64,000 bases of DNA from Thalia democratica (taxonomy: Eukaryota). The stretch's first letter is position 1; every line of letters begins with the position of its first letter. The translations under genes were made by a program, and so were the position numbers. Where the stretch lies: assembly GCA_965202585.1 (NCBI GenBank), contig OZ241826.1, positions 48,112,001 through 48,176,000 of the forward strand, given 5' to 3'. A model generated the notes under the pieces. It was not told the origin of the DNA. It ran no database searches and worked only from the letters and a program-made list of their open reading frames with translations. Shown one piece after another: positions 52,082 to 64,000 of this stretch.

Positions 52082-54820
52082 CAATACTAAATAAAACTTT
52101 AAAGCAGGATAAGTTTTGCTATTCTTAAATTTTAACATTTGTAATGTTTCCTGCTGATAGTAATTATTTAACTTATACTAAAACCATTGTCCATAAAAAC
52201 TTTTAACTTATAACGAGACTTGGAAATTATTTTTTTCATATAAATGAAACTTAAACTTATTTTATTTGTAAGATTTAAAAAAACACACAAATTTTAATCT
52301 TAAAATTTTCAAAGGTTAATGAAACAAGTATTTACTTTTAAACTAAAAAAATCTAAATAATTAGCAAAATTAACTTAATAATGCATGATGAACAAGTAAA
52401 TTGTTAACACTTTCTGCAAAAAAGTGACCCATAAAAATTTATTTACAAAAGTTGTAAATTTAACAGCTATTTATAAACTATACTCTACAAAATATTAAAA
52501 GAGTTGATTTTTTTAAAAGCTTGCAGTAATTAAGTCAGTAACATTTTTAATTTTAACTAAAAAGTGTACCTTAATAACAACATTAGTCTTAGACTCCTTA
52601 ACAAACTTGAAAAGTGTATTTTTTGTCTATAAAGTTTAACATTTTTTAAATAAAAAACAATGTATTTACTTACTTTTTTGGAAGGTGATTAAAAAAAATG
52701 TATTTCTAAAAAATACACCTTTATAGTTAAAATATGATACAAAACATATAAATATGTATTAGTGTATGAAAATAATTTAATCTAGTTTTTTTTAAACTAA
52801 AAAAGTTTATGTTGGTAATTGTACCCATTTTTAAATAATTGCAATGTAATAATTATCTTTTGCCTTTTAGAAATAAATTGTACATGTATGATTTTTCAAA
52901 TAAAAAATCTATCATTGAATTGAGCATTTATTAAAAAAAAATACACAAAAACAAAAAAATATACAATTAACTAGATTTTAGAGTTCTATAATACTTACCT
53001 TATATTTGTAACCTCTCTAAACAAACTAATTTATTAAAAATTTAAACTATAGAACTAAGCTTTTTTAGCCGTGATGTTAATATTCACTATTAAATTTTAG
53101 TTTTAATGTACTTTAGCACAGCTTAAAATTGAGTTCTAGCGAGTTAAGTAATCTGTGTCTGTTTTACTTAAAAAATAATTAAATAAAAAAAGATTTAAAA
53201 CTTTGTGTAAATTTAAAACTTGTTAACAATAAATATGAAATAACTTTTTTTTCAACACTTTAGTCTCTTTACAGTTAATACTTGCTTATATATACGATAA
53301 GTTGAACATAGTCGTTTGTAAAATTTTTTGCTTGGTTTTAAGTTATCTGTTTAAATATAGTTTTTTTTTTAAACACTTTTCATTTATTTTACTTTTTAGC
53401 TTATTTTAAACTGTGGTAATATACCTTAGAAAAAAAGTTAGGTAACAACTCACTTAATATACGGATAAAGTGTTACACATGATAATCTACACATGATTAA
53501 AATGAAATTTCTTTAAAATGAAGTAAATACAATAGATATAAGCACAACCTTTTTTTTTTTTTAATGCAACATACAAATAATAACTAAAAATAAACTTTAA
53601 ATCTAATTTTCTTAGATTAATAGATAATAGTTCTTATTTAATTTATACATATACACACAGGCTTACTTGAAATAATGAAACATATAAAACACTTGTCTTG
53701 ATTTACTCTTTATTTGTTTATTTAATGGCAACAATTACTAAATAACTTTAGACTTTTTAGAGAAAAGCATACTTAAAAACTTCAAGCTTTTTGTAACTCA
53801 ATAAGTTTGATATAGAATATAAAAATGAGAAAAACATCAAAGCTAATATTAAATGATTGTTTTAAAACAGTTTTACAATCTAGCAGTTGTTAACCTTATC
53901 GTTTTTGTTATTGGAGAATTAAAAAAAAATCAATAATTAGCTACTTAATTTGTTAACCTAACTTATGCATAAATCTAGGTTTGCCATAGTTTTAGTTATT
54001 CTGAATGCTGACTAAAAGATTATTACTTTAACTCAAAATTTTATGCTGTAATATTTTTTGCGATTTGCTCATAAAAGGTCTGTATATACGTACTACTAGT
54101 CTATCAATTTTTACCAAAGTCGCTTTTTGTGACTTATTTTTTCGTGTTAAAAACATGTACTACTTATATACTTTTATATACTGACCAAATAGAAACTTAT
54201 TTTTATTTTAGTATAAGATTGCATTTAAATATTAATTTTGGCTCCGTTTAGTTTAAAACCTAGTTTCATTAAGCATGAATTTAATATTAAAAAAGTAAAC
54301 TTTAATATTTTAAAAAGATTATATGTTTTATTAATATAAGTAGTTAGGTTAGAACTATGAATTGTATTTTAGCCAATAAGTTAACTTACAATAAACTAAC
54401 TTAGAAAAGACACAAATTAAACAGTTTTTTATAATCTTCAAAGTAGAAATATTGTACTTTTAAGTTTTTAGTAATTTGATTAAGTAAAATATATTGTGAA
54501 ATTGTGTTGTTAAATAAGAAAAAAAAAAGTTAAAATATTGTAACAATATTAGTCCAAGAATAGTTAATAAACTAATATAAAAAAGCAAAGTTTATATTTT
54601 TTATTTTACTTTTTAAAGATTTTAATAGAAAAAGATGATATTTTTAATTTCATAATTTTCTTGTTAAAATAGTTTTAAATCCTTTTTTTGAACAATATAC
54701 TACCAGAATCCTAAAAGAATTACAACAGATTTGTATGCAAACTAACATAGAGTATACTGTTATATTTGAAAACTGAAACAACTTTTATCTTGTCCAACTG
54801 TAACTACTACTTGTAACAAC

Positions 54821-54938
54821 TTGTCCTGGACATGACTTTAAACTGTATCCTTGTGCATGACTCGATAACCAAAAGGATTTTCGTACACCAGGTCCTTGGA
54901 CCAAATATTTGAGCGCTTTTTGTTTTTCGTTCAATAAA
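54821..54938 (+). repeat. ~120-bp structured interspersed repeat, copy E
   Basis: TTGTCCTGGACATGACTTTAAACTGTATCC...CTCGATAACCAAAAGG...TCGTACACCAGGTCCTTGGACCAAATATTTGAGCGCTTTTTGTTTTTCGTTCAATAAA. Confidence 0.85.
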
Positions 54939-55598
54939 CTATATAACTAACTATCTTCAGATGTTTGTAATTTTATAACTGTTTAATATACTAATGGAAT
55001 AAAAAGTCAATTTAAAAATCTCACTTTAAAACAATGATTAGTGTAGTTTGTAAACACACAACTGTATTTATTTCAACTGAATTAAAAAGTTATCATGTTT
55101 CTAATAACTTTATTTTTACGAAAACAAACTTAATTTACTCGATAACACTACTTATAACCGGCTAGAAACTTATTCTAAATTTTGTGCACTCACTAGCATA
55201 AAAAACTAAGCTGAATATTTTTAAATAGAAACAAGTAAAGACTACTGAACATTCAAAATGAAAGATGTATAAAGAAGAAAACTTACTTTATTTATTAGAA
55301 TGTAAACACTTTTTTAAGTATTTTGATGTTAACAAACACATTGTGTTTTTTGGACCATAATCTCTACATAAGCAATTAAAAAGATAATCAAAAAAAAGAG
55401 CATGATAAAAAACTAAGTCTTTACAATAACAATTAAAAACTAACATTTTTTTACTTAAGGTATAAATAGTAATAACATAATACTTGCTTAGGATAGACTT
55501 ACTAAGTAAAGTATTAGTTTAATTACCAATTAGTAATAAGTTCGAAATGAATTTATTCTTTCAAGAACTTATTTTACAAACTAAGTTTCGGTCAAAAC

Positions 55599-57360
55599 TA
55601 GTGATGTACCGGACTCACTATCCGGGTCCGGGTCCGGCCGGATATTGCCATTTTTGTCTGATATCCGGATCCGGCCGGACTCTAATTTCAAAAAAAAGTC
55701 CGGATCCGGTTCCGGCCGGATTCTAATTTGAAAAAAAAGTCCGGGTCCGGTTCCGGCCGGATCCTAACTGAGATCCGGCCGGACCCGGACCCGGATCTAG
55801 TTAGTAAAATAGAGCATACTGAAAAGTATTTTTTTAAAACAAACCCTGTGTAAATTGTTAAGATTCATTTTCGTCAGTTAAAATTAAACACCTACCGTGA
55901 TTGGCTCATTTTGTACATGTGACTAATTTACATTTGTTTACATTTAAACTATGAAATAAACATTTCAGAAATGCAACTCTTTACATATGTTGTAAAATTG
56001 AAAACTTTGGAATGAATACTTGCACTATTTAATGTTTAAAGTTGAGCTCAGAGAATATTTAGAGTTAATTTTAGTGATTAAAGTTGAATGTACGAGCCAA
56101 TGAGAATCATATGACGAAATGTTTCAAACTAAATACTGATGCAACAAACCATCAGAACACGACAGGCAGTTAATATGTAAGCAGTTAGTTAGTTTGGTGT
56201 GCAGCTTGAAGCAACAAAATATCATGAACATTATTGTGAATGCTTATTGTAAGTAGTGTTTTGTTTTAAAAGTTAATACTTCAACTGGTGTTTAACTGTT
56301 TAAATATTTAAGCCAGGTTATAGTTTTAGTTTTTAAAAAATTTTACAGTTTCTTCTTTATTAAAAGTTTTATTTAATTTTTAGTTTATTGTTTTAAGTTT
56401 TTTAATATAGATTTTAGTAGCTTCCAGTTTTCAAAGTGTTACCAAAGTAATTAAAAATTTTGTATATGCTAGTATTTCTTGTTGTGTTTTATATAAAAGA
56501 TTCATCACTCAAAACTGTCGTGTCTGATTATAGAAAGTAGTCTCAGTTAGAATTTAGTATTTGTTAGATATTAATTAAATAAGGTAGGATTTAATTTTGA
56601 TAGGTTGTACTAATAAGTTAAGTGTACCACAATCAGCCCACAACTTTACTACCAAATTGTCAACATTTGCTAGCTGTTCTACTGATTATTAGATTAAAGT
56701 AATTTTTTCAGTTTTTAAAAACATCATTCTGACTCAGGCTTGTTTATACTCACTCTAGCTAGTTTTATTGACTTAATTAGTGGCAACCCTGCTAGTTTGA
56801 AAAATTTTGGGAATTTTAGAAAATCTTTGACTGCCTCAGGCTAGTTTAGTTTTTTATAAAAACTCAGGCTAGTTTTCTTTTAAATTTTGAATGAGTTTGA
56901 GCTGATCCAGTTTTCAATATTTGGTAATTTTCTAGTGTACTTTTTTCAAGAACTTGATTTCAGATTTTAATTGTAAATAACACCTAAATTTGTAAACCTT
57001 GTGGCTAGCTGTTCTATTTATTATTAGATTAAAGTTCTTTTTTTTTCAGTTTTTAAAAACCTCATTCTGACTCAGGCTAGTTTATACTAGTGATGTAGCG
57101 GACTCACTATCCGGGTCCGGGTCCGGCCGGATATTGCCATTTTTGTCTGATATCCGGATCCGGCCGGATTCTAATTTAAAAAAAAGTCCGGATCCGGTTC
57201 CGGCCGGATTCTTATTTGAAAAAAAAGTCCGGGTCCGGTTCCAGCCGGATTCTAATTTGAAAAAAAAGTCCGGGTCCGGTTCCGGCCGGATTCTAACTTG
57301 AAAAAAAAGTCCGGATCCGGGTCCGGCCGGACACAAAATTGTGGGTCCGGTACATCACTA
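55599..57360. mobile_element. Non-autonomous hAT (Ac-group) element, composite with a second internal left end at 57088
   Basis: 16-bp perfect TIRs TAGTGATGTACCGGAC / GTCCGGTACATCACTA, an exact 8-bp TSD GTCAAAAC (55591-55598 and 57361-57368), and ~40-bp subterminal CCGG-rich tandem units. Confidence 0.9.
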
Positions 57361-57760
57361 GTCAAAACCAAAACATATAATAAGTTGGAAATGATGATTT
57401 TGTAAAACTATATCAATATTGTTATAATCCGTGTAAATATGATATAGTAAATGTTTATTCTTTATTTAATTTTTTTTGTTAAAAAACTATTTTTAAATAA
57501 TTTTTATATGTTCAAAATGCGTCAATATCTTTATTTTTTATTCAATACGGCTCAATATCAACATAATTAAATCTCCGTTAAAGTTAGAGTTTTAAAAACT
57601 TTGTTATGTACTTAAAACCTTATAAGCAGTTTATTTTCAAATCTTGTTGGTAAAAATTAAGCGCTAGATAGTAAAAGCTTGCTTATAATGTATATACTAA
57701 TTCACAAAAACTGTTATAAATTTATAAACATATATTATCCAGAAATTTTATTAGTATATA

Positions 57761-58137
57761 CAGGGTTGCCACTCGTTTTTTAAAAATTTTCTTAGGTTTT
57801 TAAAAGTACACATTTTTTGGTCTATTTTTAGTTTAAAATTAAGTTTAAGGTAAAAAACTGAGTTAAAAAGTGTAAAAACATTGAAAAGATACTGTAAAGC
57901 TACTTTAATTATGTTTAAAAAAAAAAAATGTTGATTGTCACAAATTTTTTTATTTATATGATGAATTTTTTGAGTCAAATCGAAATTTTACTACTTAACG
58001 TGTGAAAATTGTTAAAATTCCAGGTTTTTTTAGTGATTTTGTTCAAAATTCCAGGTTTTTTTCAAAATTTCTTAAATTCCAGGTTTTTTTGGCCTAAATT
58101 GTCAAATTCCAGGATTCCAGGTAAAGTGGCAACCCTG
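57761..58137. mobile_element. Complete 377-bp MITE, CAGGGTTGCCACT TIRs
   Basis: CAGGGTTGCCACT at 57761 and AGTGGCAACCCTG ending at 58137, TATATA on both flanks, AAATTCCAGG subterminal repeats. Confidence 0.85.
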
Positions 58138-59152
58138 TATATATCTCAAATGTTAACTAAAATAACAGTCTTTTATATTAGGTGTTTTTTTTAATACTTT
58201 AACTTACTGAACATTTTGTTTATCAAAAGACAATGTTTTAATTTTAATGACTTAAATTTTATTTTCAAACTTTACTTATTTGTAAACAAAGCAATATGAA
58301 CTCACTTATAACCTTTTTCAAACCGGGAATTGTTACCACATATATTCTTTTAATGAAAAACTATTTTTTGTTATATTTTATAAGAGAAATGAACAACTCC
58401 TAAATCAGTAATAAAACTAAGATGTACAAGTTTTGATTTGAACAAAAATATCAGACTTAAAACTAAAAGGTTAACATTATTCAATAACCGTTGTAGACAA
58501 TTAATTTTCACTATAATCAAACGTTTACATATCGACAAATAATATCTTTTTATATAAAAAATATCTTAATTTAATAGTTTTAATATAAATAACATTTAAT
58601 TTCAGAAAGAGTTATAAAGAGGCATTATATTTTAAGTTTATTTTGTAAACAAATAAAAGCGATCTAAAACCGTAACAGTCATTACTTTATAAATAGTAAA
58701 AATAAACCTCAGCTATCAACAAGACAAAAATTAGTTAGATATTCTAGCTAAATTTTTAAACTTCAATCCTTTACAAAAGTTTTTTTTTCTAACAAATAAA
58801 ACGTGTTGCAAGTATAAGTATATTGGCCTTACTGACACAAAATAGTAATGATTTTATTTATAATCTAAATACTCTTTAAAGAAAAATATATAAAAAATCT
58901 CTTTTTTTGGAAACTCTTTTAAAACTAGTAATTATACTAATAGTCAGATAATATCGTACAATTTAACAGTCATTAAAGAAAATTAAATAACATTTTAAGA
59001 AATACTTTACAAAAACATTTACCTATATAATCAGAGATGAATAAATAGTAATCATACGGAATTTATACCTTTTTCATATTTTAAAATAAATAAATTCTTT
59101 AGATAAAATTTATCCTAGAAAAAAAAAACGAAGTTTTAGTTACATATGGAAG

Positions 59153-61609
59153 CTAATATCTCTTGTAAGTTTTTCTTTCCATTTTTCTTTTTTGCTTTTC
59201 AGTAAGCTCAGGAGGACCTTCTTGGAAAATCCATGGAGCAATTACATTAGTCCATAGCTTGTAAAACGCAACAATCGGAATCTGTAAAAACATAAAAGTT
59301 TCAGTTTAAACTAAGACTATGCACTGAAAATCAAAAACTAGTTTAAACGGACTGAGTCTTGGATTAAATTTAGCTATTGTGATAAACTGTAGTATAAATG
59401 CTTTTATTTTTCCTTATTAAATTCATTTTATAATACAAATGCTTATGCTTGCTTATGAAAAAAAATCTAAAACTATTAGGTAAACGATCGACTAATTTCA
59501 AATAATAAACAAAATTATAACAGAACTTACTATGAACCAAATTAGTAGGAAATACAGACTGAAGTTGCTAAGCATCTGGCAAAATATAGTGATGCCAAAA
59601 ATATCTTTTATGTGCCTGAAATAAAAGTTAAACTTTTAATATATATTTTAAAATACTTTAAGAGGTTTAGATGTTATGCAAAAAAAGTTGCAACAGTTTT
59701 AGCAAAAAATAATCGTCTAAAAATAAAATAAGTTACAATAAGCAGAAGTCTATTTTTAACAATCAGTTTGTGTTCAATTGCATCTTATTACGTATATTGA
59801 GATCGAGAAGTAAATACTAACAAACTATAAAAATAATCTTAACAACTCTGTTTGAAAAACATCAAAGAAAATTTATTAACAAAGCTTAATACTTTTAAAA
59901 AATATAAATTATGTTTTTTATCACACTAGTTACAAATTTGTGGGTAAGCATATGTAGCTGTTACTTCCTAAATGAACACGATATCTTTGCTAGCTACACA
60001 CCACTAGCTGTACTTCTAAGCAATTTATATCATTTGAGCTAATCTTATAGTTCTGATAGCATTATTGAAATTTTTAAACTAAAACTATAACTTAAAAAAC
60101 TAAAAACTAAGTAGTGATAACTAGAAACAGAAAAATTAAACACGTCAGTTTATCAAAAGAATTAAGGACGTGTACAAATATTAACATTGTCCTTTATTTT
60201 AATTCTTTAAACCTAAACTATTATAAGACATGTTCTTTGCAATATTACTAATAACTTGTAAGAATCAGATAAAAAAAAGTTATCAAAAGTATAAATTCAG
60301 TTTGAAAATATGTCATGTGCAAGTTGTTCTTAAATTATTGACTTGACAACTTAAATCGTTGGAGATTGATTTTTAGTGAGAAAACCTTTTTTGCCTTTTT
60401 AATTTACGTCTTTCATAAAAAACCTATTGAAACTTCCAACTTTGATCACTTATATTTTTAAAGTTTCTTTGATAGCTCATGAAACAACATTCAGCTTAGC
60501 TAATAATGAAAAATATAAAATTAACTTTTTTGTAAAGTTATCTAATTATTTTTAATAACACTTGCACATTTCAATTTTTTTTTCTTTAAAGTTTAATAAA
60601 TTGTGATTAAAATTTAAAAGGATATAAGCTAAGAGTGTAAACCACTTTATTTAGTCTTGTTTTTAGATAAATACTTAAGCTACGAGCTACTCATTACATC
60701 TTTTTAAAATTTAATTTACCTTTTGAGATACAAGCGATCAAAGTTTCAGAGTTTCATGGTAGAAATTAAATAAAATACTAACATTCTTAATAAACTTAAA
60801 ACTTATATTTTATTAGATTATATTGTTTAATATTCCACTATAAAGTCAAATAAAATCTTTAAAAGATAATAATTAAATCACATCAGTAAATAATTTATAC
60901 ATAAATTTCTAAAAAGCTGAATTATTATGTAGCCATTCTATACAACTCACTCAGCTACACCAGAACCAGCATTGATGTCAAGATTAGAGCTGACCATAGA
61001 TTTTATTGTGTAAATACACACAAAATAAACCAACAATGAAATGGCAAAAGCGACCTGAGTAGAAAAAAAAACTTATTTTCATTTGTATATACACAGCTTA
61101 ATAGTGAATAAAATAAAAACAGTATAAACTTTAAAACGTTACATAAACCATTAAGCTAAATAAAAATATTTGAATTATGTTTATGAGTAATCAAATTATT
61201 CTAAAACTGTACAAATAACTTTTTTTAACAATTTTACTTTCATTAAATTACTTAAGTAACAATAATGTTTTAGTTTTTTAACTAAAAAGATTGGAAATTT
61301 AAACAAATTCTTACATGATTCACCCAACAGAGATTGTTTGCCCACCAAAAGTATTGACAAAATAATGTGAATACCTAAAGAAATTGTTAGTCTAAATACT
61401 TTATACAAATAAAACAGAATGTAAAAGTATAAACAAATAAACAGAATTAATACTAAAGTAATAAAACTCGTTTTTTTAAATCCTAAAAAAGGTAAACTAA
61501 CTAAAACAGAAACTATTGTTTTCTGATAAAAAACGTATGTTGATAGGTTCTCTTCTTTAATTTGCTTACTACCTTTAGTTGCTTCTTTTCCAGATTTTTT
61601 TGATTGCAT
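59153..61609 (-). CDS. TMEM208: Transmembrane protein 208 (SND2 homolog)
   Basis: Five GT-AG exons 61502-61609, 61315-61374, 60951-61054, 59531-59615, 59153-59281 join in frame. Motifs include ATKGSKQIKEEN, NLDINAGSGVAEHIKD, FSLYFLLIWFIIP..AFYKLWTNVIAPW and EKQKRKMERK. Confidence 0.92.
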
Positions 61610-62878
61610 CTTTTAAAATTTTAAAATGGATTAAATACCAAAATTTAAACTTTTGGTACAATAAAATTATCAAGAATAATTTTTAATAAATAAAACTAAA
61701 TAAGAATTTTGTGATTTATACAAAACTTAAAGAGTTGTACAATATTAAAAAACTTTAGATTACTAAAGCAAACTTACCATTATACTTGATCAGTATCAGA
61801 CTTTTGGTATACAATAATATATTTCTAAAAATTTGTTACACTATAATTTTATAAGTTTATCTTAAATAGTTATATAGACTAAAATTTCAAAACACTTATA
61901 TACAATAGTTATAAACCACCTTTTTAATTAGTAAGTAGTAAAAAATATACTACTTAACAATTAAAATGGCTTACTAAAATTTGCAAAACAAACTATTTAC
62001 GAACTATTAAGTTTATTGATAACAATTTTACATATAACTAATTGAAGTGATTTATATATAAATTATAACTTTGTTTTTAAACCAATGAAAAGTTTTCTGA
62101 AGATTATTTTTTAATGGCTAAATACTAAAATTATAACATATAAATAAATCAATAAAATAAAAACTTAAATAATTTAAATGCCTGTCAAAATAAAACCTAC
62201 TGTAAAATATTTGTACTGTAACAAAACAATTTTATATGTTCAAAATGTGCTATAAAAGTTAATTGTCACAAACTAATCACAGCCTTGACTAATAAATTGC
62301 AAGTGTTTAAAAATATATTTTTAATGTAAATTTAAAACTAAATAATAAATAATAAATTGTTTTTTTGTTTTTTAAATTTAGTCACAGTCAAATGTTTTTT
62401 CTTACTGTAAGTGGCAGTATGTATTAAGAATTACTTAATAAAATGCTTACATAAACAAAGAAGGTTTAATACTAAAAATAAACTTATAAATAAAGTGAGC
62501 TAAAAAATAGAAGTAACTATTGTTAAGAACTTATTTAAATCTGAAATCATAGCTTATAATAGTTTTTGAGCAACCTTGATCAAGGCCATGGGGAAGAGAG
62601 GGTAGAAATTTTTGTTACAAGTTGATTGTATTTTAATCATTTTAAAATTAGCTAGCAGTAGCTTTTTTTTACTTATTTTAAATTTAAAACAGTTTTTGAG
62701 ATTTTAAGGTTACACTGTTGGAAACTTCAATAGGCTTCTTACAGTGGAATAAATAAATAATTAAAAAAAATGATTTCATTAAAAGGCTATCTTCCCAAGT
62801 TTTTAAGCAACTGTATTTAAATTTTCTTGGACTAATCCAACCAAAAGTCAAACTTTTTTTTGAATTAATATATATAAT

Positions 62879-63304
62879 ATATATACCACAGATGTTTTTG
62901 TGTTAAAACTTTATTCCGACTAACGGCGTTTCACTGCTCTCAAATAAATTTAAGAACAGATCTACAGAGTCTATAAAATATTAACACACATTAGAAAAAA
63001 AGCATGTACAATTATGTATAGTGTTTATGTGGAATAAAACTATAAAATTATAAAATTGTCTACAAAAAATACAAGTTTAATAAAAGCAAACACTAACCTC
63101 AAAAAAGACATTTGTTTTTGTAGACAATCTTATAATTTTATGTTTTTATTCCACATAAACACTATACATAATTGTACATGCTTTTTTTCTAATGTGTGTT
63201 AATATTTTATAGACTCTGTAGATCTGTTCTTAAATTTATTTGAGAGCAGTGAAACGCCGATAGTCAGAATAAAGTTTTAACACAAAAACATCTGTGGTAT
63301 ATAT
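62879..63304. mobile_element. 426-bp foldback element / MITE with 190-bp inverted arms
   Basis: 62879-63068 is the reverse complement of 63115-63304 with only a handful of mismatches; 46-nt spacer; termini TA-CCACAG...CTGTGG-TA within TA runs. Confidence 0.9.
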
Positions 63305-64000
63305 TCCGACAAGCTTAGCTTATCAGGATCTCCAGGATTTAATACCTTTTAACGTTACATCTTATAATATATATATACATATTTATTTATTTAATGTTTT
63401 AATAGGATTTTCTTTGAATGAAAGGAATTTCCTGGTATTTTGAGGTTAACTGTATAAAAATATAAAAAATTTCAGTTAATTCTTAAAATTCAAATAAAGT
63501 TGGCAATGATACATTTCTTTTCAATGCTCTTGTATTCAAAACTTTTCACTATTTAAACTAAATTAAAGGATATAATTTTGGATCTATGTAAAATAAAGTG
63601 TAGAACCCTTCATGGCCTTAATTTGAGATACTTTTGCTATGAATATCAAATTAATATTTTTTCATAAACTATTGAAGCCTTGATAAATTAGACTTTGTAC
63701 AAAAACCATTAATTTTTAAAAGTTTTTAAATTGCATCTATCAAATATACTATGGTCACTTGAAAAAATGAACTCTTTATTTTTTTCTAAGTTATACAAAC
63801 AGGGAGGCTACCAATTTTTGATAAGTTCCTTTGAGGTTTTTCAAATTACAAGTTTACTTGTTCCTTTTAAGTAGAAAATAAAATCTAAAGTAAAAATGTT
63901 TTCAGTATAATAAAAATACTGAAAAGATAACTGTAATGTCATTTTAAAAATGTTTTAAATTAAAAAAACTATAAACATTTTGACCTTTTTTATTATTTAA

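Noticed and set aside
57088-57345. Regular ~40-bp repeats resembling a CRISPR array, and ORF 57082-57336 with PEPDPD repeats
   Set aside because: The units are tandem with no unique spacers and lie inside hAT TIRs, so they are subterminal transposon repeats; the ORF is a by-product.

Overview
AT-rich, intron-containing animal genomic DNA in the standard genetic code. Several hints (sulfotransferase type, splice acceptors directly before start codons) suggest an invertebrate such as a tunicate, but this is inference only. Seven protein genes can be reconstructed by hand: FHIP1/FAM160A (minus, runs off the window start), SLX9/FAM207A (minus, 530 bp upstream of FHIP1, possible operon), a damaged sulfotransferase-family gene (plus), an intact but strongly diverged intron-containing RPS2/uS5 paralog (plus), AGMO (plus), a BACK-Kelch gene with no recognisable BTB domain (minus) and TMEM208 (minus). 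Intergenic and intronic DNA holds hAT elements and MITEs with recognisable TIRs/TSDs, an RTE-type reverse transcriptase relic, a 426-bp foldback element and a five-copy ~120-bp structured repeat. The most notable non-coding signals are minimal type I hammerhead ribozymes of the Penelope-element kind. Two sit back-to-back in a 168-bp palindrome (34669-34836), and one lies sense in a FHIP1 intron with the classic inactivating G5A change. All homology calls come from recalled family sequences and manual translation, not database searches.
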